Under the pieces are notes generated by a model, which was not told where the DNA came from, did no database searches, and saw only the letters and a list, made by a program, of their open reading frames with translations. From an uncultured Eubacteriales bacterium (GTDB lineage Bacteria; Bacillota; Clostridia; Oscillospirales; Acutalibacteraceae), in NCBI GenBank assembly GCA_900316925.1, contig ONEU01000048.1, positions 1 through 57,888 on the forward strand: 57,888 bases of DNA, in the 5' to 3' direction. The position numbers and the translations under genes were made by a program. Positions 35,096 through 45,346 of this stretch are shown one piece after another. The stretch's first letter is position 1; each line of letters starts with the position of its first letter.

Positions 35096-37075
35096 GTGTT
35101 ATCAGAATTTAATAGGAAAAATGTGCCAACCAATCGTGGAAGCAGGGGTGTTTCAGACTCCAGGCTGACAGCAGGAAAACGGGTGGTGCATAAGAAGGTC
35201 ATGGCTGAAAAGAGTGCAGACGGATTATTTGAACGTATCGTACCGTCACAGAAGCCCTCTGACCATCGTTTGCATGAAGAGAAATTGATAGTAGAAGAGA
35301 GAATCATGCAGCCCGCCAGAAAGAGCCCTACAGAGGCATCTCCTGAGAGAAGCAGAACCCAGAGAGGTCACCGCAGCAGTGAGTTTCAGCCCAAGCGGCA
35401 ATACAATAAGGCTTCAGATCATTCCGTGAAAGTAACATTTCTCGGCGGTCTGAATGAGATCGGAAAAAATATTACCTTATTTGAATGTGACAACGATATG
35501 TTCCTGCTTGACTGCGGCATGGCGTTTCCTGACGGTGATATGCTGGGTGTGGATCTGGTGATTCCTGATTTCACCTACGTTGAGCGCAATAAGGAGAAGA
35601 TCAAGGGAGTAGTGCTGACCCACGGCCATGAGGATCATATCGGATCGCTGCCGTACCTGCTCCGGAAGATCAACGTGCCGATCTATGGCACACCGCTCAC
35701 CCTCGGACTGGTGGGCAGTAAACTGAAAGAACACAATCTTTTCAATAAAGCAAAGCTCAATACCGTCAAGCCGGGGCAGAGGATCAAGCTCGGCTGTATG
35801 TCCATTGAGTTTATCCATGTGAACCACTCGATTCCCGATTCCGTCGCATTGGCCATTCACACGCCTGCCGGAACCGTCATCCATACCGGTGACTTCAAGA
35901 TCGACTGTACGCCTACCACCGGCGGCATGATTGACCTTGCCCGCTTTGCGGAGCTGGGCAAAAGCGGTGTACTGGCGCTGCTGGCGGAGTCCACGAATGC
36001 GGAGCGCCCCGGCTATACCATGACGGAACAGAAGGTAGCCCATACGTTTGACCTGCTTTTCAAGGAAGCCGAAAAAAGCAGGATCATCATCGCTACCTTT
36101 GCTTCCAATCTGGGCAGGATCCAGCAGATTCTCGATTGTGCCCAGAAATACGGCAGAAAGGTCGCTTTCTCCGGCAGAAGCATGATCAACAATATGACCA
36201 TCGCCTCAGAGCTGGGATACATCAACGTGCCTGACGGCCTGATTATCGACATTGATATGCTCGGTCATTATTCCAAAGAACAGATTGTCCTGGTGACCAC
36301 CGGCAGCCAGGGAGAGACGATGTCTGCCCTGTCCCGTATGGCCTATTCCGACCATCGGAAGGTGGAGGTGGGACCGGAGGATTATATCATCATTTCCGCC
36401 AATCCCATTCCCGGCAACGAAAAGGCCGTAAGTTCCGTGGTGAATGAGCTGATGAAACACGGCTGTAAGGTTGTCTACGAATCCATGTATGAGGTACACG
36501 TTTCGGGACACGCCTGCCAGGAGGAACTGAAGCTGATGCATGGTCTGACCAAGCCCAAGTATTTCATCCCCGTACACGGCGAGCAGAAGCATCTCATCAA
36601 GCACGCACAGCTGGCAATGGATATGGGAATGCCCCGCTCCAATATCTTTATCGGAGATATCGGAAATGTGGTGGAGCTGAACAAGGAATATATCAAGCAG
36701 CTTCCCAGCATTCCGGCCGGCAAGGTACTGGTAGACGGTCTCGGCGTAGGAGACGTGGGCAGTATTGTGCTGCGTGACAGAAAGCATCTCGGTCAGGACG
36801 GCCTGATCGTGGTAGTTGTCACCCTTGATAACGAGGATGGTCATATCGTGGCAGGACCTGATATTGTTTCACGAGGCTTTGTCTACGTCAGAGAGAGCGA
36901 ACCGCTGATGGACAGCGCCAGAAATGTCGTCATTGACGCGCTGGAGGAGTGCCAGCAGCAGGGCGTGCATGAGTGGGGCGTTATCAAGAATACCATCAAG
37001 GATGAGCTTTCCAAGCTCTTGTATGACAAGACCAGAAGAAGTCCGATGATTCTTCCCATCATCATGGAGGTCTGA
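35096..37075 (+). CDS. rnj: Ribonuclease J (metallo-beta-lactamase/beta-CASP) with a basic ~100 aa N-terminal extension
   Basis: VTFLGGLNEIGKN, HGHEDHIG, and beta-CASP and C-terminal domains. GTG at 35096 is the longest start. The alternative ATG at 35306 (after GAAGAGAG) would shorten the extension. Confidence 0.88.
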   Translation: MLSEFNRKNVPTNRGSRGVSDSRLTAGKRVVHKKVMAEKSADGLFERIVPSQKPSDHRLHEEKLIVEERIMQPARKSPTEASPERSRTQRGHRSSEFQPKRQYNKASDHSVKVTFLGGLNEIGKNITLFECDNDMFLLDCGMAFPDGDMLGVDLVIPDFTYVERNKEKIKGVVLTHGHEDHIGSLPYLLRKINVPIYGTPLTLGLVGSKLKEHNLFNKAKLNTVKPGQRIKLGCMSIEFIHVNHSIPDSVALAIHTPAGTVIHTGDFKIDCTPTTGGMIDLARFAELGKSGVLALLAESTNAERPGYTMTEQKVAHTFDLLFKEAEKSRIIIATFASNLGRIQQILDCAQKYGRKVAFSGRSMINNMTIASELGYINVPDGLIIDIDMLGHYSKEQIVLVTTGSQGETMSALSRMAYSDHRKVEVGPEDYIIISANPIPGNEKAVSSVVNELMKHGCKVVYESMYEVHVSGHACQEELKLMHGLTKPKYFIPVHGEQKHLIKHAQLAMDMGMPRSNIFIGDIGNVVELNKEYIKQLPSIPAGKVLVDGLGVGDVGSIVLRDRKHLGQDGLIVVVVTLDNEDGHIVAGPDIVSRGFVYVRESEPLMDSARNVVIDALEECQQQGVHEWGVIKNTIKDELSKLLYDKTRRSPMILPIIMEV

Positions 37076-37107
37076 GCCTGACAGTTGTTTTCTGATTCTT
37101 TCTTTCG

Positions 37108-39090
37108 GTGGTGATCAGCGTGAGAAAAAAAGAGAATAAGAATTTTGTATGCGCCCTGCTGGGGATATTCGGCTTAGCCATGTTAGTGATGGCGATTCTG
37201 TCCATCCGCTTCAGCCTGCTGATCTTTCTCGGGGAACTGGTGATGGCACTGGTGGCTCTGCTGATTGCCGTCATCAGTATCTTCAATATCCGCAGCTATG
37301 TGACAAAGGTGTTGAACGGCGCCTCACGGAAGCTGTTCAAGGAGGAAAAACGCACGATCGACGATATCCGTGTACCGGTTGCGATCCTCGGTGAGCACTA
37401 TGAACTGCTGGCAGTGAACCAGTGCTTCGGGGAGCGGATCTGTCCGTCGGACAAGAGTCTCGGTACCAACCTGAGCCAGTACCTGTCCAGCGGCAATCCG
37501 GAATCCGTCTTTGACGACAACGGGACAGACACCTGTTATGGAGATAACTGGTTCATCGTGTTCGGTGTGCGCCATGATGCAGGGGCCATCGTCTATTTTA
37601 TCGACGATAATTTCTATAAATCCAACTCTGACGAATATCTTGCGTCCCGTCCTGTCGTAGGGATCGTTGCCTTTGATAACAAAGACGAGATTGAACGTGA
37701 GACAGAGGACGGTGAAGCCAGCAAGATCACCGTTGAGGTGGAGCAGGCCATTGTCAAGTGGGTGTCATCCACCACGGGCTTTTATAAAAAGATCAGCGGC
37801 GGCCGGTACATCGTGGTGATGGAGGAGCGCAATATCCGCAAGTTCATCGACGAGAAATTCAAGATCCTGGACGATATCCGTTCCATCAGGATCAATGAGC
37901 GCATGAACGCCACGATCTCCATCGGTGTCGGATACGGCGGCAGCAGCTACAAAGAAAACGAGCAGTGGGCACGTCAGGCGCTGGATATGGCGCTGGGACG
38001 CGGCGGCGATCAGGCTGCCGTGAAGAAAGCGGAGTCCTATAAGTTCTTCGGCGGTGTGTCGAAGGGCATTGAGAAGCGCGATAAGGTCCGTACAAGGGTA
38101 ATCGCCTCCACGCTGTCAAATCATATCAATAACAGCAGCAATGTCATCATCATGGGGCACCGATATTCCGACCTCGACGCTGTGGGTGCAGCGGTGGGAA
38201 TGTGGAGTGCGGTGTCAAAAGGATTGCATAAGGATGCCTATATCCTCATTAACCGGGAGCAGACGCTGGCAAAATCCCTGGTGGCCAGCTTTGATCGGGC
38301 AGGTCTTTCGGAGATGTTCCGCAGCGAGGATGAGGCGCTTGACCTGCTGAATGACAAGAGTCTGCTGATTATTGTAGATACCCATTCTCCGAACTTCCTG
38401 GAGTCCAAGACGATTTACGAGAAATGCAGCCGGGTAGTCGTGATCGACCACCATCGGATGATGGTCAATCATATTGACAAGGCGTTGGTATTCTACCATG
38501 AGCCCTATGCTTCGTCAGCCAGCGAAATGACGGCGGAGCTGGTACAGTACCTGGGGAGTGATACCCTCAGTCGACTGGAAAGTGAGGCATTGCTGTCGGG
38601 TATCATGCTGGATACAAAGAATTTCGTTCTGCGTACCGGTGTACGGACATTTGAGGCCGCAGCCTATCTGCGGAGCAATGGCGCAGATACCGTCGAGGTA
38701 AAGCGACTGTTCTCCAATTCGATTGATACATACAAAGTAAAATATAAGTTGGTCAGTGAAGCCGAGATCTTCAATAATTGTGCCATTGCCTGTGCCGACG
38801 AGGAGATCCCCGATATCCGCATTGCATCCGCGCAGGCAGCAGATGAGCTGTTGGGCATTGAGAATGTGAAGGCTTCGTTTGTGATGTACAGAACGGCCAA
38901 GACCGTTAATATATCCGCACGTTCCCTCGGTGACATGAATGTCCAGATCATCATGGAGGCGCTGGGTGGCGGCGGACACCAAACCATGGCAGCCTGTCAG
39001 CTGGAGGGTGAGAGCATGGCGGAAGCCAGGGAGAAGCTGGTTTCCATCATCAGTGACCGTGATTTCAACAAGGTCAAACCCCACGCATAA
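37108..39090 (+). CDS. gdpP: GdpP-type cyclic-di-AMP phosphodiesterase (2 TM, PAS-like, degenerate GGDEF, DHH/DHHA1)
   Basis: Two N-terminal TM helices, DHH motifs ([18 protein letters not shown]) and DHHA1 GGGGH. Conserved gdpP-rplI-dnaB synteny. Confidence 0.88.
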   Translation: MVISVRKKENKNFVCALLGIFGLAMLVMAILSIRFSLLIFLGELVMALVALLIAVISIFNIRSYVTKVLNGASRKLFKEEKRTIDDIRVPVAILGEHYELLAVNQCFGERICPSDKSLGTNLSQYLSSGNPESVFDDNGTDTCYGDNWFIVFGVRHDAGAIVYFIDDNFYKSNSDEYLASRPVVGIVAFDNKDEIERETEDGEASKITVEVEQAIVKWVSSTTGFYKKISGGRYIVVMEERNIRKFIDEKFKILDDIRSIRINERMNATISIGVGYGGSSYKENEQWARQALDMALGRGGDQAAVKKAESYKFFGGVSKGIEKRDKVRTRVIASTLSNHINNSSNVIIMGHRYSDLDAVGAAVGMWSAVSKGLHKDAYILINREQTLAKSLVASFDRAGLSEMFRSEDEALDLLNDKSLLIIVDTHSPNFLESKTIYEKCSRVVVIDHHRMMVNHIDKALVFYHEPYASSASEMTAELVQYLGSDTLSRLESEALLSGIMLDTKNFVLRTGVRTFEAAAYLRSNGADTVEVKRLFSNSIDTYKVKYKLVSEAEIFNNCAIACADEEIPDIRIASAQAADELLGIENVKASFVMYRTAKTVNISARSLGDMNVQIIMEALGGGGHQTMAACQLEGESMAEAREKLVSIISDRDFNKVKPHA

Positions 39091-39130
39091 GCTGAGAGCA
39101 CCAAGATCAAACAGAAAAGAGGAAAAGAAA

Positions 39131-39580
39131 ATGAAAGTCATTTTGTTACAGGATATCAAAGGTTCCGGCAAGAAGGGGGAGCTGGTCAACGTCTCCGATG
39201 GATACGCCAGAAACTACCTGTTCCCGAGAAAGCTTGCCAGAGAAGCAGATGCACAGGCATTGAATGAGCTGAAAAACGCCGAGCAGTCCAAGCAGCACAA
39301 GATCGCGGTGGAAACAGCCGAAGCAGAGGCAAACAAAAAGCGTCTTGAGGGACAGACCCTGACCATGACGGCAAAAGCAGGCCAGGGGGGCAGACTTTTC
39401 GGTTCGGTAACCAGCAAGGAGATCGCCAACGAGCTGAAAACGAAATTCAGCCTTTCCATTGATAAGAGAAAAGTTGTTCTTGACCAGGACATCAAAGCCT
39501 TTGGCACCTACAATTGTGAAGTCAAGCTGTACACCGGCATTTCCGCACACATCAAGGTCATGGTCACTGAGCAGCAGTAA
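39131..39580 (+). CDS. rplI: 50S ribosomal protein L9
   Basis: [36 protein letters not shown]. Confidence 0.96.
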   Translation: MKVILLQDIKGSGKKGELVNVSDGYARNYLFPRKLAREADAQALNELKNAEQSKQHKIAVETAEAEANKKRLEGQTLTMTAKAGQGGRLFGSVTSKEIANELKTKFSLSIDKRKVVLDQDIKAFGTYNCEVKLYTGISAHIKVMVTEQQ

Positions 39581-39605
39581 GCAGTTTACAATAACGAACT
39601 TCAGC

Positions 39606-39639
39606 AATTCGGAATTCATCAAGGGATTCCGAATTTTTG
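39606..39639 (+). terminator. Rho-independent terminator after rplI
   Basis: 10-bp stem AATTCGGAAT/ATTCCGAATT followed by TTTTG. Confidence 0.75.
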
Positions 39640-39680
39640 TTCATAAAAGATGATGATTAACAGAAAGGAAAGTGACACAG

Positions 39681-41048
39681 ATGAGCGAGAACGAGGTGAG
39701 TATGTCCGTTGACGGCATGAATCTTCCGTATAGCGTAGAAGCCGAGCAATCGGTGTTGGGCGCTATCCTGATGGATTCCGAATGGCTGAGCAACGTCATG
39801 GAGATCCTGCCCACGGGAGAGTATTTCTATGTTACGACCCATAGAGCCATCTACCAGGCAATGATCGAGCTCTTCACCCTGAGCCGTCCGGTGGACTTCA
39901 TTACGGTTCTGGAAAAGCTGAAAGAGACAGGAGATCCCGCCGGTACAGAGTATAAGACATACCTGATGCAGCTTTGCAATATTGTCCCTTCCATCTCAAG
40001 AGTGGAGGAATATGCCAGGATCGTTCGGGACAGGTACCTGCTGCGCAGCCTGATCGTCTCTTCACGGGAAATCATCAGTGATGCTTCACAGCCTGTCAGT
40101 GAGGTTTCTCGCCTGATCGACTCCGCCGAGCAGCGGATTTTTGATATCCGTGATAACAAGAGCATGAAGGGACTGGAAAAGGTCGGCGATGTGATTCTCC
40201 AGACCTTTGACCGTCTTGATCTGCTCAATTCTCCCGAGAGCGACCAGTATAAGGGGATTCCCACAGGCATCGGAGCGCTTGATAATACCATTACCGGACT
40301 GAACCGTTCCGACCTTATTCTGTTGGCGGCACGACCCGGTATGGGTAAAACGAGTTTTGCTCTGAATATTGCCCGTCATGTGTCTGTGACCTGTAAGAGG
40401 CGTGTAGCTTTCTTTTCACTGGAGATGACAAAGGAACAGCTTGCCTCACGTCTGCTCTCTACGGAGGGACTGATCGAAGGCACGAAGCTCCGTACCGGCA
40501 AGCTCAGTGAAGAGGAGTGGGTGAGACTGATTGAAGCCGGAGACGTGCTGAGCAAGGCGGATATGTACATGGACGATACTCCCGGTATTACTGTGCCGGA
40601 GATGAAAGCGAAGCTGCGGCGTCTGAAGAAGGTTGATCTGGTGATCATCGACTATCTGCAGCTGATGTCGGCATCACGCCGCATTGACAACCGTGTGCAG
40701 GAAATTTCGGAGATCACCAGAAACCTGAAAATCCTTGCCAAGGAGTTCAATGTACCCGTCATCACGCTGTCACAGCTTTCCCGTGCGAGTGAGCAGAGAG
40801 CCGAGCATAAGCCGCAGCTCTCCGACCTGAGAGATTCCGGTTCGATTGAGCAGGATGCCGATATTGTACTGTTCCTCTACCGTGAGGATTACTACAAGAA
40901 CGATGAGGGCAAGGACGAGGACAGCGATAAGAACAGCGGCGAGTGTATCGTTGCCAAAAACAGACATGGTGAAACACGATCCGTCCCGCTGCATTGGCAG
41001 GGCGAGTTCATGCGTTTCACGTCGCAGGTGCTTGAACGTGAACCATAA
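39681..41048 (+). CDS. dnaB: Replicative DNA helicase
   Basis: P.S.EAEQSVLGAIL, Walker A ARPGMGKTSF, IIDYLQLM, LSQLSR, RDSGSIEQDAD. Confidence 0.96.
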   Translation: MSENEVSMSVDGMNLPYSVEAEQSVLGAILMDSEWLSNVMEILPTGEYFYVTTHRAIYQAMIELFTLSRPVDFITVLEKLKETGDPAGTEYKTYLMQLCNIVPSISRVEEYARIVRDRYLLRSLIVSSREIISDASQPVSEVSRLIDSAEQRIFDIRDNKSMKGLEKVGDVILQTFDRLDLLNSPESDQYKGIPTGIGALDNTITGLNRSDLILLAARPGMGKTSFALNIARHVSVTCKRRVAFFSLEMTKEQLASRLLSTEGLIEGTKLRTGKLSEEEWVRLIEAGDVLSKADMYMDDTPGITVPEMKAKLRRLKKVDLVIIDYLQLMSASRRIDNRVQEISEITRNLKILAKEFNVPVITLSQLSRASEQRAEHKPQLSDLRDSGSIEQDADIVLFLYREDYYKNDEGKDEDSDKNSGECIVAKNRHGETRSVPLHWQGEFMRFTSQVLEREP

Positions 41049-42393
41049 GGCTATTGAAACGATCCGGAAATATGAGATGCTGCACCGCGGTGATCGTGTG
41101 ATCGTGGCACTGTCAGGCGGTGCGGATTCATCGGCACTGCTTCATTTTTTGACAACCGTCCGTAAAGAGTTTGGATTTGACATCTATGCCTGTCATGTGA
41201 ACCATCAATTGAGAGGGAAAGAAGCTGACAAGGATGAGAGCTTTACAAGAGAATTGTGCAAAAAACTGGATGTAAAGCTGTTTGTTCTCCGTGCGGACGT
41301 TGCGGCAGAGGCAAAACGGCTGAAAATCAGCACGGAATTATGCGGCCGGGAGATCCGGTACCAATGGTTTGAGCGTAAAGCGAATGAGCTTGACGCAAAG
41401 ATTGCTACCGCACATACGGCATCTGATCAGCTGGAAACCATCCTGTTGAATCTTACCCGTGGCAGCGGACTGGCAGGACTGTGCGGGATTCCGCCCGTGA
41501 GGGGGAATATCATTCGTCCGTTGATCGAAGTGACGAGGGAAGAGGTGGAAGCATACTGTCTGGAAAACGGTATTTCCTATGTGACCGACAGTACCAATCT
41601 GACCCGTGCATACACCCGTAACCGTCTGCGTCTGGATGCCGTACCGGTCCTGAAATCGGTCAATCCTTCCGTGGAACGGACGGCGGCTGCCCAGACAGGC
41701 AGACTGCGGGAGGTACAGGATTTCCTGCAGGTTTCCGCATCCGGTCTGCTCACCCGGGCGCAATGCGGAGAGGGTTATGCGGCAGATGTCCTGAAAAATA
41801 CCCATCCTGCCCTGCGGCATGAAGCTTTTCGGCTGATTTTTGCAGAATATGCAATCATTCCCGAAGCAAAACATATTGAACTTCTCGATAAAATCGTGTA
41901 TAATGGTGGTGCGTTGGAATTAAAGCGGGATATCTTTGCCGTGTGCCGTGAGGGCGTGTTTTATGCGGAAAAAAAAGCGGCGCCTGTCATGGCTCCCGTC
42001 ACCGAAACATATCCGATGTGCCCGGGAGAGACACTGGAGATTCAACATAAAATCATTTCAACAGCCGTGATGAATATAGATGAATTTCACAACCATCAAA
42101 AAAACGAAAAATTTTTGTTTCATAACTCTCTGGATTATGATACAATACCGTTAACGGTGCATTTCCGCACACGGCGTCCGGGAGATGTCTTTTCTCCTGC
42201 CGGGCGGCACTGTACCAAGACCGTCAAGAAACTGATGACAGAACTGAAAATACCGCAGGAACAGCGGGGCAGCCGGCTTCTGCTGGCAGAGGGCAGCCGT
42301 ATTCTGTGGTTCGAGGGGATCGGCGCTGCACAGAGATGCCGCATCAGCCCGGACACCCGGCGTGTACTGGTCATTGATTGTAGAAATATTTAA
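41038..42393 (+). CDS. tilS: tRNA(Ile)-lysidine synthase
   Basis: PP-loop VALSGGADSSAL. HT..DQ.ET.L..L.RGSG. GTG at 41038 overlaps the dnaB stop; the alternative ATG is at 41077. Confidence 0.88.
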   Translation: MNHKAIETIRKYEMLHRGDRVIVALSGGADSSALLHFLTTVRKEFGFDIYACHVNHQLRGKEADKDESFTRELCKKLDVKLFVLRADVAAEAKRLKISTELCGREIRYQWFERKANELDAKIATAHTASDQLETILLNLTRGSGLAGLCGIPPVRGNIIRPLIEVTREEVEAYCLENGISYVTDSTNLTRAYTRNRLRLDAVPVLKSVNPSVERTAAAQTGRLREVQDFLQVSASGLLTRAQCGEGYAADVLKNTHPALRHEAFRLIFAEYAIIPEAKHIELLDKIVYNGGALELKRDIFAVCREGVFYAEKKAAPVMAPVTETYPMCPGETLEIQHKIISTAVMNIDEFHNHQKNEKFLFHNSLDYDTIPLTVHFRTRRPGDVFSPAGRHCTKTVKKLMTELKIPQEQRGSRLLLAEGSRILWFEGIGAAQRCRISPDTRRVLVIDCRNI

Positions 42394-42424
42394 GTTCGCA
42401 GAGAACTGAAAGGATGGATAGATT

Positions 42425-42964
42425 ATGCATACAGATATTGAAAGAATCATTCTTGATGAAGCCGAGATCGGCTACACAGTCAGCAAGATTGCCGAACTGA
42501 TCAATCGTGATTATGCCGGTACCCAGCTGGTAGTGGTGGGGATTCTGAAGGGCAGCATCATGTTCCTCTCTGACCTGTTCAGAAGAATCGAGGTCAAGGA
42601 CTGCACCCTCGACTTTATGACTGCCACCAGCTACGGCAACGGCACCGAAAGCTCCGGCACCGTCAGGGTGACGAAGGATGTCTCCGCGGATGTGGCGGGA
42701 AAGAATGTCCTGATTGTAGAGGATATCCTTGATACCGGCAACACGCTGTCCTACATCAAGGATTATCTGATGAACCGCAATGCACTTTCCGTCAAGGTGT
42801 GCACGCTGTTTGACAAGCCCGGCAGAAGACGCAAGCCCATTACGCCCGATTACTGCGGCCAGACGATTCAGGATCTCTTTGTGGTCGGCTACGGTCTGGA
42901 CTATAACGAGCATTACAGAAATCTGCCCTATGTCGGCGTTCTCAAGAAAGAAATCTATGGCTGA
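42425..42964 (+). CDS. hpt: Hypoxanthine phosphoribosyltransferase
   Basis: [11 protein letters not shown] and PRPP-binding motif [15 protein letters not shown]. Confidence 0.94.
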   Translation: MHTDIERIILDEAEIGYTVSKIAELINRDYAGTQLVVVGILKGSIMFLSDLFRRIEVKDCTLDFMTATSYGNGTESSGTVRVTKDVSADVAGKNVLIVEDILDTGNTLSYIKDYLMNRNALSVKVCTLFDKPGRRRKPITPDYCGQTIQDLFVVGYGLDYNEHYRNLPYVGVLKKEIYG

Positions 42965-43020
42965 CCGGCAGTTCCCGCTGCATTCTTATCAAGGAAACAG
43001 GGAAGGATATCAACAAAGGA

Positions 43021-44991
43021 GTGACAAGTCTCTTGGACAATAAGAAAACCATACGAAACCTGCTCATTTATCTCGGTATACCGATCGTACTGATCATTGC
43101 CATCTCCATGCTGTTCTTTATGCAGCCCAAGGAGGAGTATCCCACCTCCGATATCATCTATATGTTCCAGAAACAGCAGGTAGATGAATACTCCCTCGAC
43201 TTCGGTTCCGGCGCCCTGGAACTGAAACTGAATACGGAATATAAAGGCAAGAAAGAGATCAAAACCAATGTTGCCAGTATCTCTATCTTCCTTAACTCCA
43301 TTGACGATTATGTGACGGATTACAATAAAGAGCATCCGGAGTCACCCATGAAGTTCAACTGGAAACAGGCTACCGACAATTCCTGGTGGCTGAACTTCCT
43401 GCCCAACCTGGTGCTGATCGGTCTGCTGGCAGTCGTCTGGATCTTCTTTATGAGGAGACTTTCCGGCGGACTGGGAGATGCCGGAAAGCAGATGGGCTTC
43501 GGCAAGGCAAAGATCAAGAATCTCAACGACGAGAAGCGAAAGACGACCTTTGCCGATGTGGCCGGTGCCGATGAGGAAAAGGAAGAGCTCCGTGAGATCG
43601 TCGAGTTTTTGAAGGATCCCAAGAAGTATAACGAACTGGGTGCCCGTATTCCGAAGGGCGTACTGCTGGTGGGCCCTCCCGGAACCGGTAAAACGCTGCT
43701 TGCCAGAGCGGTAGCCGGTGAAGCAGGCGTGCCCTTCTTCTCCATTTCCGGTTCTGATTTCGTCGAGATGTTCGTCGGCGTGGGTGCGTCCCGTGTCAGG
43801 GACCTGTTCGAGCAGGCCAAGAAAAATTCCCCCTGCATCATCTTTATTGATGAGATCGACGCCGTGGGACGTCAGAGAGGTGCAGGTCTGGGCGGCGGCC
43901 ACGACGAACGTGAGCAGACGCTGAACCAGCTGCTTGTGGAGATGGATGGATTTGGTGCGAATGAGGGCGTGATTATGATCGCCGCCACCAACCGTCCGGA
44001 TATCCTCGATCCGGCGCTGATGCGTCCCGGCCGGTTTGACCGTCAGGTTATGGTAGGCCGTCCGGATATCAAGGGCCGTGAGGAGATTCTCAAGGTACAC
44101 TCAAAGGGTAAGCCCCTGGCTCCCGATGTGGAGCTGAAGACCATTGCTAAATCCACAGCCGGATTCACGGGAGCCGATCTGGAGAACCTGCTGAATGAAG
44201 CGGCCCTGTTGGCTGCCCGTAAGGATCAGAAGGCCATCACCATGAAAGAGGTGGAGGAGGCCACGATCAAGGTTGTGGTGGGTACGGAAAAGAAATCCCG
44301 TGTCATGTCCGAGAAGGAGAAGAAGCTCACCGCCTATCACGAGGCCGGCCATGCGGTTGCCACCTATTACTGTCCGACACAGGATCCCGTGCATCAGATT
44401 TCCATCATTCCCCGTGGAATGGCAGGCGGCTTTACCATGTCGCTGCCCTCAGAGGACAGATCCTATCGTTCCCGTAAGGAAATGCTGGAGGAGATCGTGG
44501 TGCTGCTTGGCGGACGTGTCGCAGAGGCCGTGATCCTGGACGATATTTCCACCGGTGCTTCCAACGATATCGAAAGAGCCACCAATCTGGTATTCTCCAT
44601 GATTACCAAATACGGTATGAGCGAGAAGCTCGGTCCGATCACCTACGGTTCCTCCGACGGCGAGGTGTTCCTGGGCAAGGAGTTCGGCCACAATAAGACC
44701 TACTCCGAGGAGACGGCTGCGAAGATCGACGCCGAGGTGAAGGAATATATCACCGAGGGATATGACAAGACCGAGAAGATTCTCCGCGACCATATCGACC
44801 AGCTCCATGTAGTTGCGAAGTTCCTGTTCGAGCACGAGAAGATGACCGGCGAGCAGTTTGCCGCTGCCATGGAAGGCAAGCCGATTCCCACCGTACAGGA
44901 GGATGAGGACGAGCCGGACGAAACCCCCAAGGAAGAAACAACAGAGGAAGAGACCGGAACCGACGGTGACGAGACCTCTTCAGAAGAATAA
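43021..44991 (+). CDS. ftsH: ATP-dependent zinc metalloprotease FtsH
   Basis: Walker [15 protein letters not shown] region, Zn motif HEAGHA. The start is uncertain (GTG 43021 or TTG 43033, both after AAAGGAG). Acidic C-terminal tail. Confidence 0.95.
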   Translation: MTSLLDNKKTIRNLLIYLGIPIVLIIAISMLFFMQPKEEYPTSDIIYMFQKQQVDEYSLDFGSGALELKLNTEYKGKKEIKTNVASISIFLNSIDDYVTDYNKEHPESPMKFNWKQATDNSWWLNFLPNLVLIGLLAVVWIFFMRRLSGGLGDAGKQMGFGKAKIKNLNDEKRKTTFADVAGADEEKEELREIVEFLKDPKKYNELGARIPKGVLLVGPPGTGKTLLARAVAGEAGVPFFSISGSDFVEMFVGVGASRVRDLFEQAKKNSPCIIFIDEIDAVGRQRGAGLGGGHDEREQTLNQLLVEMDGFGANEGVIMIAATNRPDILDPALMRPGRFDRQVMVGRPDIKGREEILKVHSKGKPLAPDVELKTIAKSTAGFTGADLENLLNEAALLAARKDQKAITMKEVEEATIKVVVGTEKKSRVMSEKEKKLTAYHEAGHAVATYYCPTQDPVHQISIIPRGMAGGFTMSLPSEDRSYRSRKEMLEEIVVLLGGRVAEAVILDDISTGASNDIERATNLVFSMITKYGMSEKLGPITYGSSDGEVFLGKEFGHNKTYSEETAAKIDAEVKEYITEGYDKTEKILRDHIDQLHVVAKFLFEHEKMTGEQFAAAMEGKPIPTVQEDEDEPDETPKEETTEEETGTDGDETSSEE

Positions 44992-44999
44992 CACGAAGC

Positions 45000-45027
45000 A
45001 TAAGGAGTGCAGCAGTGCACTCCTTAT
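45000..45027 (+). terminator. Candidate terminator hairpin after ftsH
   Basis: 11-bp stem ATAAGGAGTGC/GCACTCCTTAT. The downstream T-run is weak. Confidence 0.4.
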
Positions 45028-45048
45028 CTCGCATTATATGGAAAAAGG

Positions 45049-45186
45049 CACGGAAACTTATTTTGAAAAAACCTTGCCTGAAAGTCCATGCACATTCTTC
45101 GGTAACAACTTGCTGCAAGGTTTAGCCCTCAGCGAATTTTGGAAAGGGTTTCCCCGGAAACCGGCAGGCAAAAATTGATTTCCGTG
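45049..45186 (+). repeat. MITE-like repeat, copy D (both ends present, central palindrome shortened, 138 bp)
   Basis: Left end CACGGAAACTTATTTT, right end AAAATTGATTTCCGTG. The blocks AACCTTGCCTGAAAGTCCATGCACATTCTT and GCTGCAAGGTTTAGCCCTCAGCGAATTTTGGAAAGGG match copies A and C. The central palindrome is reduced to GGTTTCC-cc-GGAAACC. Confidence 0.75.
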
Positions 45187-45346
45187 GGAAAAAGAGGTGT
45201 ACGGCAGCGGTTCAGTCGGTAGGTCATTTCCGTATTCATCTCATTCCCAGAGAAGAAGGGGACGGTGTGGATGCCCGGCCGCCGTTCAGCGGTGCCAGGC
45301 GTTCCATCCAGGAAAACTATGAAAGGATCATAAGCGGTGAAGAACC

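Noticed and set aside
45187-45346. LexA/SOS box upstream of uvrA (also looked upstream of uvrB, 18640-18718)
   Set aside because: No CGAAC-N4-GTTCG-type palindrome is present. Only loose repeats (GCGGTTCAGTCGG and GCCGTTCAGCGG) are seen.
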